64,000 nt of DNA from positions 576,394-640,393 of the forward strand of contig CBDBIB010000003.1 in assembly GCA_965205945.1 (NCBI GenBank), written 5' to 3'. The DNA is from Bdellovibrionales bacterium. GTDB lineage: Bacteria > Bdellovibrionota > Bdellovibrionia > Bdellovibrionales > UBA1609. This document shows positions 1 to 12,200 of the stretch, piece after piece. The position numbers were made by a program, and so were the translations under genes. The notes beneath the pieces were generated by a model, which did not search any database, had not been told where the DNA came from, and saw only the letters and a list, made by a program, of their open reading frames with translations. Each line of letters opens with the position of its first letter. Position 1 is the stretch's first letter.

Positions 1-449
1 TAACTGAATTGGGTGAAAGGGTTAATAAAAAATCAAATTCAAGAAGGCCTTTTGTAGAGTTAAATGTACAAAGTAATAATGACTTAGCTTTGAAATTTTT
101 TTTAAAGAACAGTCAAATAAATTGGTCTGTTAAAGAACGCAAAAGTTTTGTTTTTAGACATGGGGCACAGGCTGTTGTTTTTATAAAAAAATGGCCAGGT
201 TTAAGATCAGAAGAGCTAGAGGCAAAAATTGCAATTCATTATTATTTTTGCGGCTCATTAACAGATTTTTACTTTAGACGAGTGCCTTATTTATTAAAAG
301 GCCCAGCGTATTTACAAGAAACTTTACCTTTCATAGGGAAAATTTTTAAGAGTGATTTGGGTTTAAATGATGAGCAGTTTAAATTACAGGTGCTAGAGCT
401 TAATAAAGCTGTTGCATTTGAGAACTCCTGGAGGCAGGAGACATGTTGA
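1..449 (+). CDS. glpD: C-terminal part of a probable FAD-dependent glycerol-3-phosphate dehydrogenase (5' end outside window)
   Basis: Frame is open from the window start. EAKIAIHYYFCGSLTDFYFRRVP resembles the GlpD C-terminal E..yAi..E....L.Dfl.RR motif. Confidence 0.55.
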   Translation, partial: TELGERVNKKSNSRRPFVELNVQSNNDLALKFFLKNSQINWSVKERKSFVFRHGAQAVVFIKKWPGLRSEELEAKIAIHYYFCGSLTDFYFRRVPYLLKGPAYLQETLPFIGKIFKSDLGLNDEQFKLQVLELNKAVAFENSWRQETC

Positions 450-496
450 CTATATCTTAAGTCCAGTGTGAAATGAATTAAAAAAGATGGTGGTAA

Positions 497-1540
<1,044 letters not shown>

Positions 1541-1550
1541 TAGGTTTTAG

Positions 1551-1973
1551 GTGAGAGAAGAAAATAACTTTGAGTTAGCAGCGAAAATACTTTTTTTTGG
1601 TACTCTTGAGGAACATTTTTCTATTGAAGCAGCTAAAAAAATTATCAAAGCTGAAAATAAAAAACTTCTTTTAGAGGCCATTCATAAACTTCTTTCACGT
1701 AGAAAAGATAAAGGGGTTACAAGGGTACATCTTACTGACATTGTATTTGTATTTCCCATAGGTGTGGATCTGAGTTATTGGAGAGAGTTTAAAATAAATT
1801 GTCAAAAAGATGTATTTTGGGCTATTTTATATAAATGGATTGGTGGAGTTTCAGATCAAAATCTATGTGAGGTGCTTCAAATTTCAAAAGGAAGTCTTTA
1901 TTCTCGTTATAATCAAGGTTTAAGTAGTTTAGGTAAGCTGTTGGTTAATAGTCAGATTACATTAGGTATTTAA
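1551..1973 (+). CDS. Hypothetical protein with C-terminal sigma-70 region-4-like HTH
   Basis: GVSDQNLCEVLQISKGSLYSRYNQGLSSL resembles the ECF sigma r4 pattern G.s..eiA..l.is.gtv.sR...gl..L. Confidence 0.55.
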   Translation: MREENNFELAAKILFFGTLEEHFSIEAAKKIIKAENKKLLLEAIHKLLSRRKDKGVTRVHLTDIVFVFPIGVDLSYWREFKINCQKDVFWAILYKWIGGVSDQNLCEVLQISKGSLYSRYNQGLSSLGKLLVNSQITLGI

Positions 1974-1975
1974 TT

Positions 1976-2338
1976 ATGAGCATGAATGATAAACCGTTGG
2001 TACAAAAAAAAATCTTTTCCTTATTTTTTTATAAAAGCAAATTGTATGAGTTTTCACAAAAGAAACTGTTTAAAACGGATCATCTAGCAATGAAGCAAAT
2101 GTCTGAAAAAATCTCTGAAGCAAAATATGAAATAGGAGGAGTGCTTCTTTCTTTAGAGTATTTGAGCAAGCTTAATGAAGTGTCATTAGAAATTAAAAAT
2201 AAAGACCATAATAGCTTAGAAAGAAAATCATCTTTATATAAAACATCAATTGTTTTATTTTTTATAGTACTAACGATTATTTTTTCTGTTTCAGGATATT
2301 ACATAGTCAGTATATTTTTTCAAGGGGATTTAAACTGA
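1976..2338 (+). CDS. Hypothetical single-pass membrane protein
   Basis: 120-aa ORF starting 2 nt after the upstream stop, with a C-terminal hydrophobic segment. Confidence 0.6.
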   Translation: MSMNDKPLVQKKIFSLFFYKSKLYEFSQKKLFKTDHLAMKQMSEKISEAKYEIGGVLLSLEYLSKLNEVSLEIKNKDHNSLERKSSLYKTSIVLFFIVLTIIFSVSGYYIVSIFFQGDLN

Positions 2339-2349
2339 ACAAATATTCT

Positions 2350-4029
2350 TTGAAGTCTTTTGCGTTTTTATGGATGTCGCTTTTTATAGTTTCATTTCTA
2401 GGTTTTTTATATATTATACTTAATCTTTTTTTTTCTGAACACTTAACCAGATCAAGCTTAAAAGATTTAAAATATATGGCTCATGTTGCAAAGCTAACAT
2501 TGTCAAAAGAACAAGAGAAGATGAAAACTTCGTTGGCTTTGCATGTAAGCTCTGAAGAATTTGTAAATCGTTTGTCTCAACGCGCTTTTAAGAAAGTAAA
2601 TAAATTTATTCAAAATTGGAAACAACTTTTAAATATAGATAATATCTGGCTTTATAATAGTAAAGGAGAGCTTCTAGAGCTTAAGACCGGGTTAGTGTCT
2701 CAGAACAGTGTTGGTCTTTTAAAAGAGAGTATGAGAAAGCTAGATTTGGGCTATGATCAAACAAGGTATGTGGCCACTAAAGATGGGTTACTGGTTTCTG
2801 TACGAAGAAAAATTATAGATCATAATTATCTTTCTCAAGGATATTTAGTAGAGGAGAAGAAAATACCATATAAAGCATTTTTAAAAGTTGATGTGGATAG
2901 TGATTTGATTGTAATGTCCTCTAAGGGCATAGTTTTTACTACAAAAAATGTTGAAATAGTTAAGAAATTTTCAAAAAAAGTATTTGCCAAAGGAGCAGGG
3001 GCGTTTGAGCTTTCATTAGAGGGGAAAACTTTTGATGTGTCTAGACTGGATTTAGCACCGGGTATAACGTTTTTCTTAGCAAAAAAGAATTTAAAAAAAA
3101 TAGTTCTTAATAGTTTTTACAAAAAATATTTGGTTTATTTTGGATTGTTGATAGTGTTTTTGATACTAGGTTTTTATTTTTCGTATTATAGACAGGTATT
3201 TCGTCCATTAAAGCAAATTAGTGAGTTTATTGTACGTGATGGAGGAAAGTTTAAAGTTGAAACCTCAATTCATGAGATAAACCTTATTGGAAAAAAACTA
3301 GAGGAAAGAATTTTTGAACTTAGTGGGGATGTTGAAAGAAGTAAACGTGGTAGAGTAAGTGATATGTCTAGACTTGTTGCTAGCGTTGCACATGAGCTTA
3401 ATAATTTTCTTTCATATTTGGGAGGCAATCTTGAGTATTTGCAAAGTGAATTAAATGAAACGAAAAAGATAGATATAGAGGAATTTAAAGCGGCTGTTTT
3501 GTCTGCTCAATCAGGTTACGAGCATATTAAAAAAATTGTTTCTGATTTAAGGGTATTTTCTTCTAAAAGAGATTTGTTGATTTCTTGGTATGATGTAGTG
3601 ATTTTAAAAAATAAAATCCAAAAAGAATTTGATAGTGTGAAGTTAAGTTTTCTAGAAGATTTACATACTTATGAGGTAAAAATAGATTTAGATAGATCAT
3701 TTCAAATTATTAAAAATCTTATTATTAATGCAGAGCAGGCGTATCAAGAGAGGATAATAAATAAGAAAGTGTTAGTTTCTTTTTATTTGGATAAGGGTGG
3801 ATTTGTAATCTCTGTTAAGGATTGGGCCGGAGGTTTTTCAAAAGAAATAAGAAATAAGATTTTTGAGCCTTTTTATACAACTAAGAAGAACATTGGAGGC
3901 GCTGGTTTAGGTCTTTCTCTCTCGCGTAATTTAGCAGAAGAGATGAATTCAGACTTATTTTTAAAAGAAACTAGTGCTGATGGAACAGTATTTTGTTTTA
4001 AATTGAAACACTTTAGAATTAAAGTGTGA
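2350..4029 (+). CDS. Membrane sensor histidine kinase (orphan)
   Basis: Two TM segments; H-box SVAHELNN, N-box NLIINA, D-box DWAGG, F-box IFEPFYTTK, G-box GAGLGLS. Confidence 0.92.
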   Translation: MKSFAFLWMSLFIVSFLGFLYIILNLFFSEHLTRSSLKDLKYMAHVAKLTLSKEQEKMKTSLALHVSSEEFVNRLSQRAFKKVNKFIQNWKQLLNIDNIWLYNSKGELLELKTGLVSQNSVGLLKESMRKLDLGYDQTRYVATKDGLLVSVRRKIIDHNYLSQGYLVEEKKIPYKAFLKVDVDSDLIVMSSKGIVFTTKNVEIVKKFSKKVFAKGAGAFELSLEGKTFDVSRLDLAPGITFFLAKKNLKKIVLNSFYKKYLVYFGLLIVFLILGFYFSYYRQVFRPLKQISEFIVRDGGKFKVETSIHEINLIGKKLEERIFELSGDVERSKRGRVSDMSRLVASVAHELNNFLSYLGGNLEYLQSELNETKKIDIEEFKAAVLSAQSGYEHIKKIVSDLRVFSSKRDLLISWYDVVILKNKIQKEFDSVKLSFLEDLHTYEVKIDLDRSFQIIKNLIINAEQAYQERIINKKVLVSFYLDKGGFVISVKDWAGGFSKEIRNKIFEPFYTTKKNIGGAGLGLSLSRNLAEEMNSDLFLKETSADGTVFCFKLKHFRIKV

Positions 4030-4041
4030 ACTCCGATAAGG

Positions 4042-4554
4042 ATGGCAGTGGCCTTAAATTCTGGCGTAAAAGACGTCATATTTATTATTATTTTTTCAGC
4101 ACTAATATTTTTTGGTGCATTTTTCCTATTCTCTTCTTTAGCGAAAACAAAGGTTAATAAACAGATTTCTGTACGATCTTTAGAAGAAAAGATGAATCAT
4201 AAGGTAAATGAAAGAATTCAAGTGCTACAAGCAAAAAATAAAATTTTTAAGAGCCAACTTGTTAAGACTGAGGGTGTAGGCAGGGATGAAGTTTTTGAAG
4301 AGAATTTTTCAAATACCAAATCAAAATATGAATTAGATGTTTTTCAGGGTCAGGGCTCTCAAGTTTTAGAGATTTTACCACAAAATGCATTTGAAAAAGT
4401 TCAAGCCCTTTTAGACCTTGAAGACTTAAAGGCTCTTGAAAAAAAAGAACTTCTTAAAGAGTATAAAAAGCAAATTATTCAAAGAGCTTTTAAGCAGGGG
4501 TGGGCCATTAAACTTAATGATGACTTAGAGGTGACTTCTGTAAAAAAACGATAA
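4042..4554 (+). CDS. Hypothetical N-terminally anchored protein
   Basis: 170-aa ORF with an N-terminal TM helix and a helical C-terminus. Confidence 0.65.
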   Translation: MAVALNSGVKDVIFIIIFSALIFFGAFFLFSSLAKTKVNKQISVRSLEEKMNHKVNERIQVLQAKNKIFKSQLVKTEGVGRDEVFEENFSNTKSKYELDVFQGQGSQVLEILPQNAFEKVQALLDLEDLKALEKKELLKEYKKQIIQRAFKQGWAIKLNDDLEVTSVKKR

Positions 4555-4645
4555 AGTATTATTGTGACACGAATTCGAACTTTTTAAATCTGCTGTAACA
4601 TTCTATTTTTGTGGGTTTTTGAATATGAATTGATGGTTTAAAAGG

Positions 4646-6140
4646 CTGACTTTTACCCACAAATCATAAGTTATTACCTGTTTTAATATCATTAAATTTT
4701 ATCATCGCCCTCCACAGAACTTGTTGGCCTGGAGGTGGGTCAGAGTTCCTTTCTAAATAACCTCCTAGTCTTGCAAACGATTTTACAAATTTTGCCAAGC
4801 TATCATTTGCTCCTAATAACCTGCCTGACTGCTCTTCTAATTTTGATAACAAAACTTGTTCCTCTTTTGTAAAACAGTGATCTGCATTTACTTCGCAATC
4901 AACTCTAGAAATCCTTGAAATCCAAAATATTCGCCAAGCTAAAACACTCCTAAACGCTACATACTTTTTGATCCTCTCTAAACTCCTTAAACGACTTTTC
5001 TCTACACTAAAACCTGATTTTAACGTCTTAAAATACACTTTTATATTCCAACGAAGTTTATACCAGTTCACTTTCTCTATAGCCTCTTCAAAATTTGTTA
5101 TTGGGATATTTGTTAAGAGTTTCTAATCAACTTGATCCTCTCGCTTAGGGCCATCTTCTTTTGCAGATACAACATAGACCTCAACGGGGGGATAATCTTT
5201 ACTCCTATGTGGAGAAGGCAGGACTGTAACTTTATAGAAGCGAATCTTTACTTTCGCAGTTCTTGCCTCTCTTTTATGAGTCTTAGGCAGATTGAGATTG
5301 TAACTGCCTACAGGAGCTGTTTTCGGGATATTATCATAAATCTTTATTTTCTTCCTTGATGTACACCTATCATGAACTCCACGAATTAAAAAGTTTGTAC
5401 CAAAACTAATACAATTAAAAAATAACTCATACATATCCCCGCACCTCGGTCACAAATGTGCACTTGCTTTTCAGCTTGAAATTCAGCAACAACTAAGTTC
5501 ACCCCCCTCAATCCAACTAAAACTTTCTTTTTCTTGAACAGGGACTCTGGTAAAGTTCTTTCCAGCTTTTCTTATTTTTCTTCTGTTTTTAGAATCACGA
5601 GACCACATTTTTTGATTCACTAAACCTAAAGGAACTCCCGTTTTACTTAATAGAGCAAGAGATGAATGTATCATTAAACCTGGTGTATCGTACTCTTTAC
5701 CATTTCGATGATCTATGTAGGACCCTAAGTATCCTGCGTTGCCTTAAAAGACTTTATTTTTTGAGAAAGTTATTTCACTTAAGTCATGTAAAATTAAAGA
5801 CATATCATTTTCATCTAGAGCATTCATTCTGTTGAGCGTTTGTTTTATGTGAGGTTTGAGAATTTCTTCAGCCTGAAAGTTGTCATTATCAAAGAATCTA
5901 TAAGCCGCCTTAGAAGATTTCCAATCTTGGCATGAAAAAGAGATAGACTCACCATTATTTTTACTCAAAGCCTCAGCAAGGTATTCAAGTCTGTGGTTAA
6001 GTCGTTTATCACCAAGTTGAGCATTTTTAAATTCATTTTTAATATTCACAAAAACTCCAATTCTTAAAATCAATTTGGAGTTTAATATTATTTTGATTTT
6101 AAAATTATAAAACCTAGACCTATTTGTGGGTAAAAGTCAG
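4646..6140 (-). mobile_element. IS4-family, IS50/Tn5-like insertion sequence with perfect 19-bp TIRs
   Basis: CTGACTTTTACCCACAAAT at 4646-4664 and its exact reverse complement at 6122-6140; 1,495 bp; encloses transposase fragments. Confidence 0.92.
4664..6073 (-). pseudogene. Tn5-like (IS4 family) transposase broken into at least 4 fragments
   Basis: Motifs LGDKRLNHR, KAAYRFFDN, WYKLRWNI..YFKTLKSG and LGGYLERNSDPPPG spread over different frames (5744-6073, 5483-5674, 5123-5434, 4664-5071). Confidence 0.9.
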
Positions 6141-6228
6141 GGTTTTAGGGCGCTTACAAAAAAGGGAACTGTCTTACATAAAGCGGATCTCTTAAAGTAA
6201 GCTCTTCTATTCATCAAAAAAAAATAAA

Positions 6229-9200
6229 TTAATAACCAGGGCTACAACGTGTAAAATTAGGTTTTTCAGCACGAGTCCAAGAAGTTAAAGTTCGGGATGA
6301 AAAACTGCCGCAATAGACAACGTTAGAAACATTCCATAAACTGATGTCTTGATCAAAAGAAGCTGCATCATAAAACATAAAGCCCATACTAGTAACCTTA
6401 GAAGTGTCCCAGTTAGAGGTGTCAGGGTTAGCTAAATCTGCATCATAAAACATAGAGCTCATACTAGTAACCTTAGAAGTGTCCCAGTCAGAGGTGTCAG
6501 GGTTAGCTAAAGCTGCACTATTAAACATAGAGTTCATAGCAGTAACCTTAGAAGTGTCCCAGTCAGAGGTGTCAGGGTTAGCTAAAGCTGCACTATTAAA
6601 CATAGAGTTCATACTAGTAACCTTAGAAGTGTCCCAGTTAGAGGTGTCAGGGTTAGCTAAAGCTGCACTATTAAACATATAGCTCATATCAGTAACCTTA
6701 GAAGTGTCCCAGTTAGAGGTGTCAGGGTTAGCTAAATCTGCATTATAAAACATCCCGCCCATATTAGTAACCTTAGAGGTGTCCCAGTTAGAGGTGTCAG
6801 GGTTAGCTAAAGCTGTATTAGAAAACATAGACCTCATATCAGTAACCTTAGAAGTGTCCCAGTTAGAGGTGTCAGGGTTAGCTAAAGCTGTATTAGAAAA
6901 CATAGACCTCATATCAGTAACCTTAGAAGTGTCCCAGTCAGAGGTGTCAGGGTTAGCTAAAGCTGCATTAGAAAACATCTTATACATACTAGTAACCTTA
7001 GAAGTGTCCCAGTCAGAGGTGTCAGGGTTAGCTAAATCTGCATTATAAAACATAGAGCTCATACTAGTAACCTTAGAAGTGTCCCAGTCAGAGGTGTCAG
7101 GGTTAGCTAAATCTGCATTATAAAACATAGAGCTCATACTAGTAACCTTAGAAGTGTCCCAGTTAGAGGTGTCAGGGTTAGCTAAAGCTGCACTTAAAAA
7201 CATCCGGCTCATACTAGTAACCTTAGAAGTGTCCCAGTCAGAGGTGTCAGGGTTAGCTAAAGCTGCATAAGAAAACATATAGCCCATACTAGTAACCTTA
7301 GAAGTGTCCCAGTTAGAGGTGTCAGGGTTAGCTAAAGCTGCATAAGAAAACATATAGCCCATACTAGTAACCTTAGAAGTGTCCCAGTTAGAGGTGTCAG
7401 GGTTAGCTAAAGCTGCATAAGAAAACATAGAGTTCATACTAGTAACATGTCTAGTTGAGCCACCATTAACAAGAGTTAAGTTATCTGCTTTATAAAACAT
7501 ATAACTAAAACTTTCCCACCCTGTGTCTCCTAATTCTGTAACCTCAATTATTTGCTCGCTATCACGAAAGTTAAGATATGGGCAGCGCCCAGTGATTTTA
7601 ACTATATAAGTCCCTGAAGATGAATAAGTATGATTTTTATCTAAATCACTTGATGAAGTAACAACTCCCGAGGTTCCATCCCCCCAATTAACCATAAAGT
7701 TATATGTATAAGAAGAATTTAACCTAAGATTTAAATTTAAATCACTACCATAAATTCTAAATTTAGCTGTAAAAGGGGTTCCTAAATTTTGTATTTCAGT
7801 GCTTAAACTAACTACATCAGACAGGTTTCCGGCTGCATCTTGTGCAACACCAGAGGCGATTGTAATTTGAATATTTCCGGTTTCATCACTGCAGTCTGAA
7901 ATCCTAATACTTGGATTAATAGTTGTTCCATTTGTTACTAAAACTGTGCAACCTGTAGTAGTTCCAGTAAGGCTGACATTGCTCTTTTCTAGGTTTATAC
8001 TACTAAAGTCTTGGCTTACAGTTATGGGAAAGTCTATAGAATTTGAACTGCTTATTATATGGCTTCCAATACTGACAATAGGGGGTTTAGTATCTTTTAT
8101 TAGATTTAAAACACCTGAAGTTTTAGAATTTCCAGCAATGTTTGTGATACTAGCAGTTAGTGAAAGTGGACCATCACTTAGGCTTGAAAAATCAATATCA
8201 CCACTAAAGCTTTTATTAGAACAAGTAATAAAGCTTGTACCATGTGAAAATGTGATAAGCTCACCATCTTCAGAACATGTTCCTAAAACCCTAAAACCCC
8301 CCTCATTAATAGAATTAATGTAAGATCCACTTAAAGAGTTTGTAATAGAAATTGTTGGATCATTGTTACTTAAAAAAGTTTTCCACACTACCCCATCGCA
8401 AAACTCCAGTTTTTTTCCTAAAGAATTATACCTTAAAGTACCCTCAGTTAAACTGTCACAAGGGGTTGTAACTGTTCCAACTTTTTTTAAAAATGTAACA
8501 GTAGATGTACTAATAGATCCTGGAGTAGAAATGCTTCCAGAGACAGAAACATCACCATTATTGTTAATAGTGATTCCTTCATCATCGCCGTCTCCACTTA
8601 AATAATTTTGGTTAAGATTTATATTTAATCGAGCCCTGCCATCTCCCATATTATCAGCACTGCTTGGTAAGTTTATAAGCCGACTTCCATCAACAGCAGG
8701 CAGTCTTAAAGAGCTATCAAGCTTAATAAGCTGATTGCTCCCTGTGCCAACATCTAATCTAGCTGTGCTAATGGTTCCTGAAGTGATCTTTTCTCCATTT
8801 AAATCTGGTATATCAGATTTTAATAAACTTAAACCCTCAACCACTCTTCCTTTAACATCAACTCTAACTTTTGGGTACGTCCCTTGGGTTACACCCGTTG
8901 GTATAAGACTAGGGTTCGGGTAGGTTCCTGTAAGATCCCCTTGAGCCTGGCTTCCTAAAAGACTTGTGTCTGTCACACATGACCATAAATAAATAGGACC
9001 TTCACTCATTTGAAGTTTTTCATTGCTTTCACAATTAGGCACTCCACCAGCATCCATTGCGTTGCCTGCATTTTTTCCTAAAGAAGCTTTTAAATAACCG
9101 TTTAAAAAGTTTGAATGTGTTATTTTTTTAAGACCACTTTGAGAAACATCATACATTAAAACACTGTCTAAAGAATCAGCCGTAGTTTTTTCTGTAGTTT

Positions 9201-12200
9201 TGTTAATGTCTACACTTAAACTTCTATTAGTTGATAAATCTCCACCTCCACTTAATCCACTGTTTAAAGCCGTTCTAATAGTTCTAGTTATTGGAGCTTT
9301 TCTAGATTCAAGTTCATTAAGTGCACCTTCTACATCTGTAGCCTGAATGTTTCCAAATGGAGTGTAGGTCACCGTGTTTGCCGCTAGACTTGCTAAACTC
9401 CAACCTTCAGACACATCCTTACAATTTGCTCCTCTTTCATCACAAATTTGTGTTATTCTTGCTGTTCCAGCAACGTCTAATAAAGCCTCAGGACTAGCCT
9501 TACCAACTCCAACCCTTCCACTAGCATCAATAATAATTCCCTCATTATCACCGTCTCCACTTAAATAATTTTGGTTAAGATTTATATTTAATCGAGCTAT
9601 ACTATCTCCCATATTATCAGCACTGCTTGGTAAGTTTATAAGCCGACTTCCATCAACAGCAGGCAGTCTTAAAGAGCTATCAAGCTTAACAAGCTGATTA
9701 CTCCCTGTGCCAACATCTAATCTAGCTGTGCTAATGGTTCCTGAAGTGATCTTTTCTCCATTTAAATCTGGTATATCAGATTTTAATAAACTTAAACCCT
9801 CAACCACTCTTCCTTTAACATCAACTCTAACTTTTGGGTACGTCCCTGGGGTTACACCCGTTGGTGTAAGACTAGGGTTTGGGTAGGTTCCTGTAAGATC
9901 CCCTTGAGCCTGGCTTCCTAAAAGACTTGTGTTTTGATCAACTTCACATGACCAGGAATAAATAGGACCTTCACTCATTTGAAGTTTTTCATTGCTTTCA
10001 CAACTAGGCACTCCACCAGCATCCATTGCGTTGCCTCGACTTTTTCCTAAAGAGGCTTTTAAATAACCGTTTAAAAAGTTTGAATGTGTTATTTTTTTAA
10101 GACCACTTTGAGAAACATCATATATTAAAACACTGTCTAAAGAATCAGCCGTAGTTTTTTCTGTAGTTTTGTTAATGTCTACACTTAAACTTCTATTAGT
10201 TGATAAATCTCCACCTCCACTTAATCCACTGTTTAAAGCCGTTGTAATAGTTCTAGTTATTGGAGCTTTTCTAGATTCAAGTTCATTAAGTGCACCTTCT
10301 ACATCTGTAGCCTGAATGTTTCCAAATGGAGTGTAGGTCACCGTGTTTGCCGCCAGACTTGCTAAACTCCAACCTTCAGACACATCCTTACAATTTGCTC
10401 CTCTTTCATCACAAATTTGTGTTATTCTTGCTGTTCCAGCAACGTCTAATAAAGCCTCAGGACTAGCCTTACCAACTCCAACCCTTCCATTAGCATCAAT
10501 AATAATTCCCTCATTATCACCGTCTCCACTTAAATAATTTTGGTTAAGATTTATATTTAATCGAGCTATACCATCTCCCATATTATCAGCACTGCTTGGT
10601 AAGTTTATAAGCTGACTTCCATCAACAGCAGGCAGTCTTAAAGAGCTATCAAGCTTAACAAGCTGATTGCTCCCTGTGCCAACATCTAATCTAGCTGTGC
10701 TAATGGTTCCTGAAGTGATCTTTTCTCCATTTAAATCTGGTATATCAGATTTTAATAAACTTAAACCCTCAACCACTCTTCCTTTAACATCAACTCTAAC
10801 TTTTGGGTACGTCCCTGGGGTTACACCCGTTGGTATAAGACTAGGGTTCGGGTAGGTTCCTGTAAGATCCCCTTGAGCCTGGCTTCCTAAAAGACTTGTG
10901 TTTTGATCAACTTCACATGACCATAAATAAATAGGACCTTCACTCATTTGAAGTTTTTCATTGCTTTCACAACTAGGCACTCCACCAGCATCCATTGCGT
11001 TGCCTCGACTTTTTCCTAAAGAGGCTTTTAAATAACCGTTTAAAAAGTTTGAATGTGTTATTTTTTTAAGACCACTTTGAGAAACATCATACATTAAAAC
11101 ACTGTCTAAAGAATCAGCCGTAGTTTTTTCTGTAGTTTTGTTAATGTCTACACTTAAACTTCTATCAGTTGATAAATCTCCGCCTCCACTTAATCCACTG
11201 TTTAAAGCCGTTCTAATAGTTCTAGTTATTGGAGCTTTTCTAGATTCAAGTTCATTAAGTGCACCTTCTACATCTGTAGCCTGAATGTTTCCAAATGGAG
11301 TGTAGGTCACCGTGTTTGCCGCCAGACTTGCTAAACTCCAACCTTCAGACACATCCTTACAATTTGCTCCTCTTTCATCACAAATTTGTGTTATTCTTGC
11401 TGTTCCAGCAACGTCTAATAAAGCCTCAGGACTAGCCTTACCAACTCCAACCCTTCCACTAGCATCAATAATAATTCCCTCATTATCACCGTCTCCACTT
11501 AAATAATTTTGGTTAAGATTTATATTTAATCGAGCTACGCTATCTCCCATATTATCAGCACTACTTGGTAAGTTTATAAGCCGACTTCCATCAACAGCAG
11601 GCAGTCTTAAAGAGCTATCAAGCTTAATAAGCTGATTGCTCCCTGTGCCAACATCTAATCTAGCTGTGCTAATGGTTCCTGAAGTGATCTTTTCTCCATT
11701 TAAATCTGGTATATCAGATTTTAATAAACTTAAACCCTCAACCACTCTTCCTTTAACATCAACTCTAACTTTTGGGTACGCCCCTTGGGTTACACCCGTT
11801 GGTATAAGACTAGGGTTTGGGTAGGTTCCTGTAAGATCCCCTTGAGCCTGGCTTCCTAAAAGACTTGTGTCTGTGTCTGTATCAATATCAGCCACGCAAG
11901 AATAGCTTATTATAGCACCAGGGTTTCGTTGAATCTTTTCCCCACTAGTACACACAGGAAGAGTGTCCACTTGCATGAGCTGTCCTAAACCACTTCCTAT
12001 ATCTGCTTCTAAACCCCTTGGCGTAATTTTTAAACCACTTCCTACTTTTACTTTTAATTTATTTATATTAAACTCTAAACCCCCAGAAGAATCTAAATCT
12101 AAATCTATGTTTCCACTGTTGTTGTATAAACCCCTACCAAGGTTGATGCTTATTGTTGGGTTGCTACCACCTGAAGAGGTTAAAGGAGCATTGACTAAAA

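Noticed and set aside
6361..7446. CRISPR-like pattern (~46-bp constant plus ~29-bp variable)
   Set aside because: The period is exactly 75 bp and in frame within a long ORF, the 'spacers' are homologous to each other, and no cas genes are present.
6361..7446. DGR adenine mutagenesis as the source of repeat variation
   Set aside because: Variation includes third codon positions and many scaffold adenines are invariant; no RT or template repeat seen.
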